In this document: positions 18,711-27,343 of the stretch, in pieces
How positions within the stretch are numbered: position 1 is the first letter of the stretch
Layout: every line of letters begins with the position of its first letter
The notes under the pieces: generated by a model
Database searches by the model: none
What the model was told of the DNA's origin: nothing
The model's input: only the letters and a program-made list of their open reading frames with translations
Translations under genes and position numbers: made by a program
Assembly: GCA_036703685.1 (NCBI GenBank)
Contig: DATNRE010000666.1
Location: 1-32,717 of the forward strand
Direction: 5' to 3'
DNA from: Candidatus Obscuribacterales bacterium
GTDB taxonomy: Bacteria; Cyanobacteriota; Cyanobacteriia; Cyanobacteriales; Microcoleaceae
DNA length: 32,717 nucleotides

Positions 18711-19069
18711 GCTTCATTTAATTCTATAATATTCCCATCAGGATCTTTTGTAAATAACGCAAACCGACCGGAAGCACTCATTTGAATTGAACAATTATGA
18801 CGGATTAGCTGTTGTTTTGCAGATTCTAAATGATCGACACAAAAAGCCAAATGTCGATTTCTGCCCCATTTGTGATGATTAACTTGATCATGAATTAGAG
18901 TTTCAGCTTGAATTAAATGAATTTGAAACTCACCGATTTGATACCAAATCCCCGGAAAATTTAACGGACGTTCGACTTTTTCTAAGCCTAAAATTTCACC
19001 ATAAAATTTTTCTGACTGTTCTAAATCAGAAACCAAAATTGCGGCATGGAGATATTTCTTTATTTTCAT
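18707..19069 (-). CDS. VOC/glyoxalase family protein
   Basis: LHAAILVSDLEQSEKFYGEILGL, QIHL, HLAF-V and DPDGNIIEL. 4-nt ATGA overlap with the recombinase gene. Confidence 0.92.
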   Translation of the reverse strand: MKIKKYLHAAILVSDLEQSEKFYGEILGLEKVERPLNFPGIWYQIGEFQIHLIQAETLIHDQVNHHKWGRNRHLAFCVDHLESAKQQLIRHNCSIQMSASGRFALFTKDPDGNIIELNEA

Positions 19070-19115
19070 GATATTAAACTTAAATCAATTCTTAATAGAT
19101 CAGTATATTTTGATT

Positions 19116-19149
19116 TAAAAACCAAAGGTGGGCGTTACCCACCCTGGTT
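19116..19149 (-). terminator. Probable intrinsic terminator after the linker gene
   Basis: On the minus strand, AACCAGGGTGGGT-AAC-GCCCACCTTTGGTT followed by a T run, directly after the stop codon. Confidence 0.55.
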
Positions 19150-19947
19150 TTAATTTTTAAACAGTAAACTGGCATTAGTGGCACTGACGTACTCCAACAC
19201 TTTTTGCTGAAGATCACTTTCAATTTCTTGTTGACTCACCGGTTGAGGATAAAATGAAAGAATATCTGCAATTTCTTTCACGTAGAAAGATAACCGTTGA
19301 ATATGCTTAGGTGTAATCTTAGTATCTGGATTTAATTCTAATACTTCCGGGGCAGTTTGTACTGGTTTAACGGCTAATTTATCTTCCTCCCTAACACAGG
19401 TTCCCCCATCACAATCAATGTGTAATTCATGTTGATAATGGTTAGGAATTGCCCAGCCCCTTTGTCCGGCGTGTTCATGACCTAAACGTTCATTTTCGAT
19501 ATATTCACCTGCGGATTCATAACGGTGTTCATGCCAATAGGGAATGGTAAAATAACCAAAGGATTTGCGGTATTCTTCCGAATCTACTAACTCGGAAACA
19601 AAAGCTCCCACACCGCGGCGAACTAAAATATCATCCCATTTTTGAATTTCTTCATTATTTCTCGGCGCCCGTCCTAAAAAATGTTTACAGGCATTTTCAA
19701 TGAATTTCATATTAGAGCTATTTTCATAAAAATGCTCTAAATAAACGGAACGAACCGCCAGGCTTTTTAAAAAATGGCGAATTCCAATTTTTCCCTTGAT
19801 AAAATCCTTCTCTAAATCCGTTAGTTGTTTTCTTTCAAACTCATAGAGTTGACGTTCTATCACCTGTTGATAAATCTGTTTTAAAACAAACTCTCGTTCC
19901 TCTGGGGAAGCGTCATGACGAGTGGTAACTGGTTGAGTTAGGGACAT
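19150..19947 (-). CDS. Phycobilisome linker-domain protein (PBS_linker_poly-like) with atypical C-terminus
   Basis: VLKQIYQQVIER, LEKDF--GKIGIRHFLKSLA, KHFLGRAP and LVDSEEYRKSFG-FTIPY. Confidence 0.88.
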   Translation of the reverse strand: MSLTQPVTTRHDASPEEREFVLKQIYQQVIERQLYEFERKQLTDLEKDFIKGKIGIRHFLKSLAVRSVYLEHFYENSSNMKFIENACKHFLGRAPRNNEEIQKWDDILVRRGVGAFVSELVDSEEYRKSFGYFTIPYWHEHRYESAGEYIENERLGHEHAGQRGWAIPNHYQHELHIDCDGGTCVREEDKLAVKPVQTAPEVLELNPDTKITPKHIQRLSFYVKEIADILSFYPQPVSQQEIESDLQQKVLEYVSATNASLLFKN

Positions 19948-20060
19948 AAATTAAACTCCTGTGTGCATCAGTATTCCAAGTGAATTTGGAGGAATCTACA
20001 ATAAAATGAGCCGTAGCTTGAAATTAAATAACACCCTGATAGCGCAAACAAAAATTCGGA

Positions 20061-20567
20061 TTAAACACCACTTCTTTGAACATTGGCGAGGAGTTTAGGC
20101 GGCGTATCTAAAACTTCTAAAACAATGTCCATATAGGGCTTTAATAATTGATTACACACACTGGGTAATTGTTCTTGTAAGGTTTCTTTCAGATAAGTAT
20201 AGGCTTGCAGACATTGGGTATTTTTTTCATGGGCAGCCAAAATATTAGCTAACCACAACATTAAAGATTCCTTAAAAAAGTGGGGGTCATCCCGTAACAA
20301 AGCCACGGACATCAAACACATGGTCATCGACATATCATACACACAGCGTTTTGAATGCTTTTGCATAATTTCGGGATGGGACATCATGAATTTCTTCAAA
20401 GTTTGTTTGATCAAACCGGCGGATTTTACCCGCAGGACTTCATAGGTTTTGGTACGAGCATTCAAGGTCTGAACATACTGATGCATGGGCTTGAGTTCGG
20501 CATTGGTCAAATATCGCCCGTCACATTGGAGAATTAAGTCATCCCAGGTTGAATTAATCGTCGGCAT
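20061..20567 (-). CDS. Divergent phycobiliprotein/allophycocyanin-like protein
   Basis: DGRYLT-AEL N-terminal motif, KRCVYDM (aligns with the C-x-R-D chromophore motif) and ALLRDD--FFKE-LM-WL; 168 aa. Confidence 0.78.
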   Translation of the reverse strand: MPTINSTWDDLILQCDGRYLTNAELKPMHQYVQTLNARTKTYEVLRVKSAGLIKQTLKKFMMSHPEIMQKHSKRCVYDMSMTMCLMSVALLRDDPHFFKESLMLWLANILAAHEKNTQCLQAYTYLKETLQEQLPSVCNQLLKPYMDIVLEVLDTPPKLLANVQRSGV

Positions 20568-20956
20568 TTTACTTTCCTCTGTATAGCCATTATCCTATCT
20601 TCTAATTTGATACAAAATTAAATACAAGTCAAGAAAAAGAATTAATTTTTAATATAAACTAAAGAATTATTTTATTCTGACAACAGTAATTCTACCAACA
20701 ATATTTCTGGACAGATGATCCTGCGCTCACTTTTGTCAAGTGCCAAAAAACGATCCTTTGATCTGCTTATCCTCGCCCTACCCAGGGGGAAATCACGCTA
20801 TGGTAGATATTATAGTTAAAATACGAGAGTTGCAGGGCTTGATTCAGATGATCACATCATCGCCAGATTCCAGAATACACCAGGACTCAGACTCAAACTG
20901 TCATCCGGTTCTCAGGCTCCCTTAACTGATTAATAGTCAATCTTTAATTAAATACA

Positions 20957-22855
20957 ATGAGTGTAAAAGACAAACCTAAATTTCCTCGTAATCTTCCCAT
21001 CGGAAGTATTTTATTTTGGTTAGGAATTATCTTTTTAATTGCCAACCTAACTTTACCCGGATTATTCGGGCCACAAATTCCTCAAGTTCCCTATAGTTTA
21101 TTCATTGAACAAGTCGAAGATGGGCAGGTTTCCCAAGTCTATCTCAGCCAGGATCAAATCCGCTATTTAGTCAAAGGCGAACAGGAAGAAGCCGGACAAA
21201 TCCTATCAACTACCCCAATTTTTGATATGGATTTACCCAAACGTTTAGAAGCCAAGGGAGTTGAATTTGCCGCGGCTCCGCCCCCTCGCAATACTTGGTT
21301 TTCTAGTTTACTCGGTTGGGTAATTCCCCCCTTAATTTTTGTCGGAATTTGGGTCGCCGTCGGACAATTTATGCAAAGTCGCGGGGGCGGTTTGGGCGGG
21401 CCCCAAGGAGCTCTTTCTATTAGTAAGAGTAAAGCCAAGGTTTATGTTGAAAATGAAGCCACTAAAGTCACCTTTGCCGATGTAGCCGGGGTAGAAGAAG
21501 CCAAAACCGAACTAGAAGAAGTGGTGGAATTCTTAAAGACTCCTGAACGATTTTTACAAATCGGAGCCCGCATTCCTAAAGGGGTCTTATTAGTCGGCCC
21601 CCCGGGAACTGGAAAAACCCTATTAGCCAAAGCCGTAGCCGGAGAAGCGGGGGTTCCCTTCTTTAGCATTTCGGGTTCAGAATTCGTGGAATTGTTCGTC
21701 GGTGCCGGGGCGGCGCGGGTACGAGATTTATTTGAACAAGCCAAAAAGAAAGCCCCTTGTATCATCTTTATTGACGAATTAGATGCCATTGGAAAATCCC
21801 GTTCTAGTGGCGGAATGTATGGGGGAAATGATGAACGAGAACAAACCCTAAACCAGTTATTAACCGAGATGGATGGGTTTGCCGCCGGACAAGCCACGGT
21901 GATCGTTTTAGCTGCGACTAACCGACCGGAAACCTTAGACCCGGCGTTACTGCGTCCCGGTCGATTTGATCGCCAAGTTTTAGTCGATCGTCCCGATTTA
22001 TCCGGCCGTTTAATGATCCTAGAAATCTATGCTAAAAAAGTTAAGATAGGGCCCGATGTGGAGTTAAAAGCGATCGCCACTCGTACCCCAGGTTTTGCGG
22101 GCGCGGATTTAGCGAATTTAGTCAATGAAGCGGCTTTATTAGCGGCGAGAAATAAACGGGAAACTGTGAGTCAAGCCGACTTTGCCGAAGCCATTGAACG
22201 GGTGATTGCCGGGTTAGAAAAAAAATCCCGAGTTCTCAACGAAAAAGAGAAGAAAATTGTCGCCTATCATGAAGTCGGTCATGCCATTGTAGGAGCGGCG
22301 GTTTCCGGTCAAAATAAAATCGCTAAAATCTCGATTGTACCCCGAGGAATGGCGGCGTTAGGATATACTTTACAACTGCCTACTGAAGACCGTTTCTTAC
22401 TCAGTGAAGAAGAAATTAAAGCCGAAATTGCCACCTTATTAGGGGGACGTTCGGCCGAAGAAGTGGTATTTGGAAGTATTACCACCGGGGCAGCTAATGA
22501 TTTACAACGGGCGACGGATTTAGCTGAACGGATGGTCACCACTTATGGGATGAGTAAAGTATTGGGGCCCTTGGCCTATGAAAAGGGTCAACAAAATACC
22601 TTTCTCGGCGATAATATGATGATGAATCCCCGCCGTTCTGTCAGTGATGAAACCGCAAAAGCCATTGATGATGAGGTGAAACAATTGGTGGAAAATGCCC
22701 ATGAAATTGCCCTAGATATTCTCAACCAAAATAAGGATTTAATGGAGCAAATTGCCCAAAAAATCTTAGAAACAGAAGTAATTGAAGGAGACAAGCTGCA
22801 ACAGTTGTTAAATCAAGTTAAATATCAGGCTAATGTTGCCACGGCGATCGCATAA
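20957..22855 (+). CDS. ftsH: ATP-dependent zinc metalloprotease FtsH (FtsH4-type)
   Basis: Two transmembrane segments, Walker A GPPGTGKT, Walker B IIFIDE, SRH and HEVGH. The lumenal segment VPYSLFI...[25 protein letters not shown] is recalled as FtsH4-like. Confidence 0.96.
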   Translation: MSVKDKPKFPRNLPIGSILFWLGIIFLIANLTLPGLFGPQIPQVPYSLFIEQVEDGQVSQVYLSQDQIRYLVKGEQEEAGQILSTTPIFDMDLPKRLEAKGVEFAAAPPPRNTWFSSLLGWVIPPLIFVGIWVAVGQFMQSRGGGLGGPQGALSISKSKAKVYVENEATKVTFADVAGVEEAKTELEEVVEFLKTPERFLQIGARIPKGVLLVGPPGTGKTLLAKAVAGEAGVPFFSISGSEFVELFVGAGAARVRDLFEQAKKKAPCIIFIDELDAIGKSRSSGGMYGGNDEREQTLNQLLTEMDGFAAGQATVIVLAATNRPETLDPALLRPGRFDRQVLVDRPDLSGRLMILEIYAKKVKIGPDVELKAIATRTPGFAGADLANLVNEAALLAARNKRETVSQADFAEAIERVIAGLEKKSRVLNEKEKKIVAYHEVGHAIVGAAVSGQNKIAKISIVPRGMAALGYTLQLPTEDRFLLSEEEIKAEIATLLGGRSAEEVVFGSITTGAANDLQRATDLAERMVTTYGMSKVLGPLAYEKGQQNTFLGDNMMMNPRRSVSDETAKAIDDEVKQLVENAHEIALDILNQNKDLMEQIAQKILETEVIEGDKLQQLLNQVKYQANVATAIA

Positions 22856-22870
22856 TTAATCTATTCTCCT

Positions 22871-22982
22871 CTGGTTCCCTGGTTCTACCAGGGAATGACC
22901 ATCAGAGGCATAGCCTCTGTCTATCTGGAGAATGGTGGCTCTGCCACCCTGGGAGCATTTCTAGGTATAACCTAGAAACGAG
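22871..22982. repeat. Four-hairpin dispersed repeat (REPIN/MITE-like)
   Basis: Four perfect stems with 3-nt loops at 22875-22895, 22903-22919, 22934-22948 and 22958-22978. The ends CTGGTTCC and GAAACGAG are imperfectly inverted. Confidence 0.75.
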
Positions 22983-23013
22983 GTTAATGAGAGCAAACCA
23001 CCAGCCAAATTTT

Positions 23014-24867
23014 ATGAGTATTAAAAAAAGACCTAAATTACCCCGTTCTCAAAAAATCATCCAAATTTTGCTCATTTCAGCCGGGGTAATTCTAATCGGA
23101 AATTGGTTATTACCTCAACTGACTCGCCCTCGTTTTCCTAAAGTTCCCTATAGTTTTTTTATCCAACAAATAGAAGCAGGTAAAGTCGCCGAAGTATTAG
23201 TTAGAGAAAATGAAATTCTGTTTAAAATTAAAGCAGAAAATGAACAACCGGAAACAATTTTATCCACAAACCCGGTGATTGATTTAGAACTTCCCAAACG
23301 CTTAGAAGCCAAGGGGGTTGCATTTGGAGCCTCTCCTCCTCCCAAACAAAGTTGGGTGAATCTGCTGTTAAATTGGGTGATTCCGCCGTTAATTTTAGTA
23401 GTAGCGTTTCAATATTTCATGAAACGAGATCCCCAAGGGTCATTATCTATTAATAAAAGCAAAGCCAAAGTTTTTGTTAAAGGTGAAACCGATAATATTA
23501 CCTTTGCCGATGTGGCGGGAGTTGATGAAGCCAAAACCGAATTAGCCGAAATTGTTGATTTCCTGAAAAGTCCCCAAAGGTTTACCGAAATTGGGGCAAA
23601 AATTCCCAAAGGCGTGTTATTAGTCGGCCCCCCAGGAACCGGAAAAACCCTATTAGGAAAAGCCGTGGCTGGAGAAGCGGGAGTTCCCTTTTTTAGTATA
23701 TCCGGTTCAGAATTTATAGAATTATTTGTGGGAACCGGAGCCGCCCGGGTACGCGATTTATTTGAACAGGCGAAAAAGAAAGCCCCTTGTATTATTTTTA
23801 TTGATGAATTAGATGCCATTGGGAAGTCCAGAAGTAGTGGAAGTTTCCAAAGTGGCAGTAATGACGAACGAGAACAAACCCTAAATCAATTATTAACTGA
23901 AATGGATGGGTTTGGGGTAGGAGATGCGACAGTAATTGTCTTAGCAGCCACTAACCGCCCGGAATCTTTAGACGCGGCCTTATTACGCCCCGGACGCTTT
24001 GATAGACAAGTATTAGTCGATAGACCTGACTTAGCTGGACGCAAAGCGGTATTAGAAATTTATGCTAAAAAAGTTAAATTAGAAGATCATGTTGATTTAC
24101 ATACCGTTGCGACTAGAACTCCGGGTTTTGGCGGGGCAGAATTAGCGAATTTAGTCAATGAAGCAGCCCTATTAGCGGCAAGAAATCAACGTAAATTAGT
24201 TAAACAAGAGGACTTTTATGAAGCCATTGAACGGGTAGTTGCCGGGTTAGAAAAACGCAGTCGGGTGTTAAATGAAAAGGAGAAAAAAATTGTCGCCTAT
24301 CATGAAGTCGGTCATGCCATTGTCGGGGCGTTAATGCCCGGGGGTGGAAAGGTAACTAAAATTTCCATTGTGCCACGGGGAATGTCGGCGTTAGGATATA
24401 CTTTAAGAATGCCAACGGAAGACCGTTTTTTAATGGATGAAATCGAATTTCGCGAACAAATTGCCATGCTATTAGGGGGACGGGCGGCGGAGGAATTAGT
24501 ATTTGGAAATGTGACTAATGGCGCTTCCGATGACCTGCAACGGGCAACGCAATTAGCTGAAAGAATGGTACTCAATTATGGCATGAGTAAAGCCCTGGGG
24601 CCCTTAGCTTATGAAAGAGCTAAAACTAATAACTTTTTAGGCAATTCGGAGGCAAATTTGCGCCGTCCCATGAGTGAAAAAACAGCCGAAGCCATTGATG
24701 ATGAGGTGAAGGATATTGTGAATAATGCCCATCAAAAAGCCTTGGCAATTTTGAATTATAACCGAGACTTATTAACAGAAATTTCTCAAAAAGTGTTAGA
24801 AACAGAAGTCATAGAAGGGGATGAATTACAACAATTGTTAGAGCAGGTTAAACCGGTATCTCGATAA
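23014..24867 (+). CDS. ftsH: Second FtsH4-type protease (tandem paralogue)
   Basis: The same motifs are intact ([19 protein letters not shown]). The ATG at 23014 (MSIKKRPK) aligns with MSVKDKPK of the first copy. Confidence 0.95.
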   Translation: MSIKKRPKLPRSQKIIQILLISAGVILIGNWLLPQLTRPRFPKVPYSFFIQQIEAGKVAEVLVRENEILFKIKAENEQPETILSTNPVIDLELPKRLEAKGVAFGASPPPKQSWVNLLLNWVIPPLILVVAFQYFMKRDPQGSLSINKSKAKVFVKGETDNITFADVAGVDEAKTELAEIVDFLKSPQRFTEIGAKIPKGVLLVGPPGTGKTLLGKAVAGEAGVPFFSISGSEFIELFVGTGAARVRDLFEQAKKKAPCIIFIDELDAIGKSRSSGSFQSGSNDEREQTLNQLLTEMDGFGVGDATVIVLAATNRPESLDAALLRPGRFDRQVLVDRPDLAGRKAVLEIYAKKVKLEDHVDLHTVATRTPGFGGAELANLVNEAALLAARNQRKLVKQEDFYEAIERVVAGLEKRSRVLNEKEKKIVAYHEVGHAIVGALMPGGGKVTKISIVPRGMSALGYTLRMPTEDRFLMDEIEFREQIAMLLGGRAAEELVFGNVTNGASDDLQRATQLAERMVLNYGMSKALGPLAYERAKTNNFLGNSEANLRRPMSEKTAEAIDDEVKDIVNNAHQKALAILNYNRDLLTEISQKVLETEVIEGDELQQLLEQVKPVSR

Positions 24868-24957
24868 ATAACATTAATTTTTCTGTTCCTAATTCTGTTC
24901 CCTGTGGTTATACTGGAGGAGAAGAAATTAATACCTTTGTGAATCGATCAATAGAGA

Positions 24958-25572
24958 ATGGAAACCCAAGCACATTGGCAAGAAGTTTACACCACAAAGC
25001 ACTCAACTCAGGTGAGTTGGTTTCGGGAACACTTGGAGTTATCCCTTGAGTTGATTAAGCGTACTGGAGTAGATAAAGCCGGGTCTATTATTGATGTGGG
25101 GGGTGGAACTTCAACTCTGGTGGATGACCTGCTTGCCGATGGTTTTCGTGCCGTCACAGTTCTCGATATTTCGGCAGCAGCAGTTGAGGTTGCGAAAAAA
25201 CGACTGGGTTCTCGTGCAGATTCCGTGACTTGGTTAGAGTCTGACATCAGACAAGTTCACTTACCTGATCAATTTTACGATATTTGGCATGACCGCGCTG
25301 TATTTCACTTTCTGACTGACTTTTCAGATCGCCAGCTTTATCTGGATATTGTCAAGCAGTCCATTAAACCAGGCGGTCACATGATTATAGCAACTTTTGC
25401 TCTCGATGGCCCTGATCGTTGCAGTGGTTTGGAGGTTGTCAGATATAGTTTTGATAGCCTGCATGATCAGTTTAAGAATGATTTTGAGTTAGTCGATAGC
25501 ACCGATGAAACTCACAAAACGCCATGGGGAACAGAGCAGAAGTTTATCTATTGCTACTGGCGAAAAAGATAA
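24958..25572 (+). CDS. Class I SAM-dependent methyltransferase
   Basis: HWQEVY, IIDVGGGTSTLVDDL, VLDIS, WHDRAVFHFL, GPDRCSGL and HKTPWG. Confidence 0.9.
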   Translation: METQAHWQEVYTTKHSTQVSWFREHLELSLELIKRTGVDKAGSIIDVGGGTSTLVDDLLADGFRAVTVLDISAAAVEVAKKRLGSRADSVTWLESDIRQVHLPDQFYDIWHDRAVFHFLTDFSDRQLYLDIVKQSIKPGGHMIIATFALDGPDRCSGLEVVRYSFDSLHDQFKNDFELVDSTDETHKTPWGTEQKFIYCYWRKR

Positions 25573-25725
25573 AAAAGTTTCCAATATTCAAGGCTCAAAT
25601 TTTGAATTGAGATTTACTGTATTTTTAAAGCAATCAGCAATTGTAATTAGGATTCGCATTCTTTGATCTTCGCCTGTTTAATATGTCACAATCAAGGCTA
25701 GGCTCGTTTTGTTTAAATCATAAGT

Positions 25726-25757
25726 TCCTACTGTCCCTTTAGCCAGAGACAGTAGGA
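25726..25757. other. 10-bp inverted repeat
   Basis: TCCTACTGTC-N12-GACAGTAGGA, between convergent genes. Confidence 0.5.
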
Positions 25758-25803
25758 GATGAACAGAACGAATGTGAAATTAGCTCAGTGCATTTGAGTA
25801 TCA

Positions 25804-25848
25804 GAGTGTGTGTATCCAGTTGGCGCTAGATATACACGCTCGTTTTTT
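25804..25848. terminator. Long hairpin next to the RTX gene stop (terminator or 3' stabiliser)
   Basis: 16-bp imperfect stem GAGTGTGTGTATCCAG/CTAGATATACACGCTC, followed on the + strand by GTTTTTT. Confidence 0.55.
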
Positions 25849-27085
25849 AGATAGACTCCAGAAAATCAGACGCATCAAACGCACCTCGGTTGACTCCAGC
25901 CACAAAGGCAAGTTGTTCAGATAGAGCAGGGGTAACTCCGTCAGTCAGAACGTAAATGCGAGTTCCTGTCACACCATTAATAGTGGTATTCTGGAACCCT
26001 AGATTCTCAAATTGAAGAACCTCAAGCACAAAGAAGTCAGTCCCATTGACAAAATCAGTGATCCAGTCCCCCACAGGAGGAGCGATAATCGGCTCACCTG
26101 GAGTAACTGGCTCCGGTACAAATTCGCTGTAAAGTAGTTGGAAGTAATCGCTGTCAGCCCCACCTGTTAAGGTATCGCGCGCGGTTTGGGTTTCTGCATC
26201 TTCGCCACCAAAGAGAAAATCCATGCCAGCACCACCAATAACCCGATCAACTGCTGCACCACCATCTAGGAAGTCATCGCCAGCGCCACCATTGAGTACA
26301 TCATTCCCTGCGAGACTGACATTGACACCGAGATCGCCATAGATGGTATCGTTGCCACCCAGTCCACTGAGGTTGTCAACGCCCTCACCGCCATCAATAT
26401 AGTCACCTTCAACACCACCTGTGATGGTTTCTAAGCCAGCACCACCTAGGAGAGTGCTAGGCCCAGCACCGCCATCGAGGATATCATTACCATCACCACC
26501 ATCGAGGGTGTCCAAACCGTCACCGCCAAACAGGTAGTCATCCCCTAAATAGCCATAGAGTTTGTCATCGCCATCGCCACCGTCGAGGGTATCGTTACCG
26601 CCGAAAATGGTGTCGTTAGCTTCACCGAAAAGGGTGTCATTGCCCTCTGCACCCACAAGGGAGTCAGCACCACCGGAAACGAAACCTTCGTTATCGTCAC
26701 CATAGAGAGCGTCATCAAAGAAACTACCAATAACGGTGTCATTCCCAGCACCCCCCAGTGCGGTATCCTCAAAACCGCCATATACCCAGTCCGCACCCGC
26801 ACCGCCATCTAGGAAATCTTTGGCGTCGTTGACATCAGCAGCGTTTGTTCCGCCAAAAAGGGTATCATTGCCGGCTTCACCAGAGAGTAAGTCTTCCCCA
26901 GCATCCCCATGGAGTCTGTCCGCACCACCGCCCCCAGAAAGGGTATCTTTATCGTTGCCACCTCGGAGTAAGTCATTACCGCCTAAACCGAATAGTTCGT
27001 CTTCACCCCCATTGCCGCGCAGTGTGTCCGCACTACTAGTACCTGTGAGGGTATCCTTGTCTTCTGTTCCGTTTCTGACTGCCAT
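25847..27085 (-). CDS. RTX-repeat calcium-binding protein, probable type I secretion substrate
   Basis: GGxGxDxLx nonapeptides over roughly the first 310 aa, C-terminal D-ITDF--GTD, and no signal peptide. Confidence 0.92.
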   Translation of the reverse strand: MAVRNGTEDKDTLTGTSSADTLRGNGGEDELFGLGGNDLLRGGNDKDTLSGGGGADRLHGDAGEDLLSGEAGNDTLFGGTNAADVNDAKDFLDGGAGADWVYGGFEDTALGGAGNDTVIGSFFDDALYGDDNEGFVSGGADSLVGAEGNDTLFGEANDTIFGGNDTLDGGDGDDKLYGYLGDDYLFGGDGLDTLDGGDGNDILDGGAGPSTLLGGAGLETITGGVEGDYIDGGEGVDNLSGLGGNDTIYGDLGVNVSLAGNDVLNGGAGDDFLDGGAAVDRVIGGAGMDFLFGGEDAETQTARDTLTGGADSDYFQLLYSEFVPEPVTPGEPIIAPPVGDWITDFVNGTDFFVLEVLQFENLGFQNTTINGVTGTRIYVLTDGVTPALSEQLAFVAGVNRGAFDASDFLESI

Positions 27086-27343
27086 GATTGACTCCTTTTT
27101 TTATTCGTTAATTAAAAATTGCTGTTGGTTAAACTCAAGATGATTAATGGAATAAACATCCAGCGATGGGTTCTTTTTGTTAATCTCCTGATCCTTTCCC
27201 CTCCCCATTTAGGAGAGGGGTGTCCAAGACATGGATAGGAGCAATAAAACGTTAGCCATGGCAGTAGACTCCGTGTATTTTGATCCAGGTGATGATCAAT
27301 GGGGATTGCTTTTTCAGAATCAAATTATTTCGCCTAATTCGAG

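Noticed and set aside
20740-20925. 61 aa GTG-start ORF upstream of ftsH
   Set aside because: No RBS or motif; more likely the promoter and 5' UTR of ftsH.
21163-24575. Antisense ORFs within the two ftsH genes
   Set aside because: Shadow frames. Their mutual similarity only reflects the ftsH duplication.
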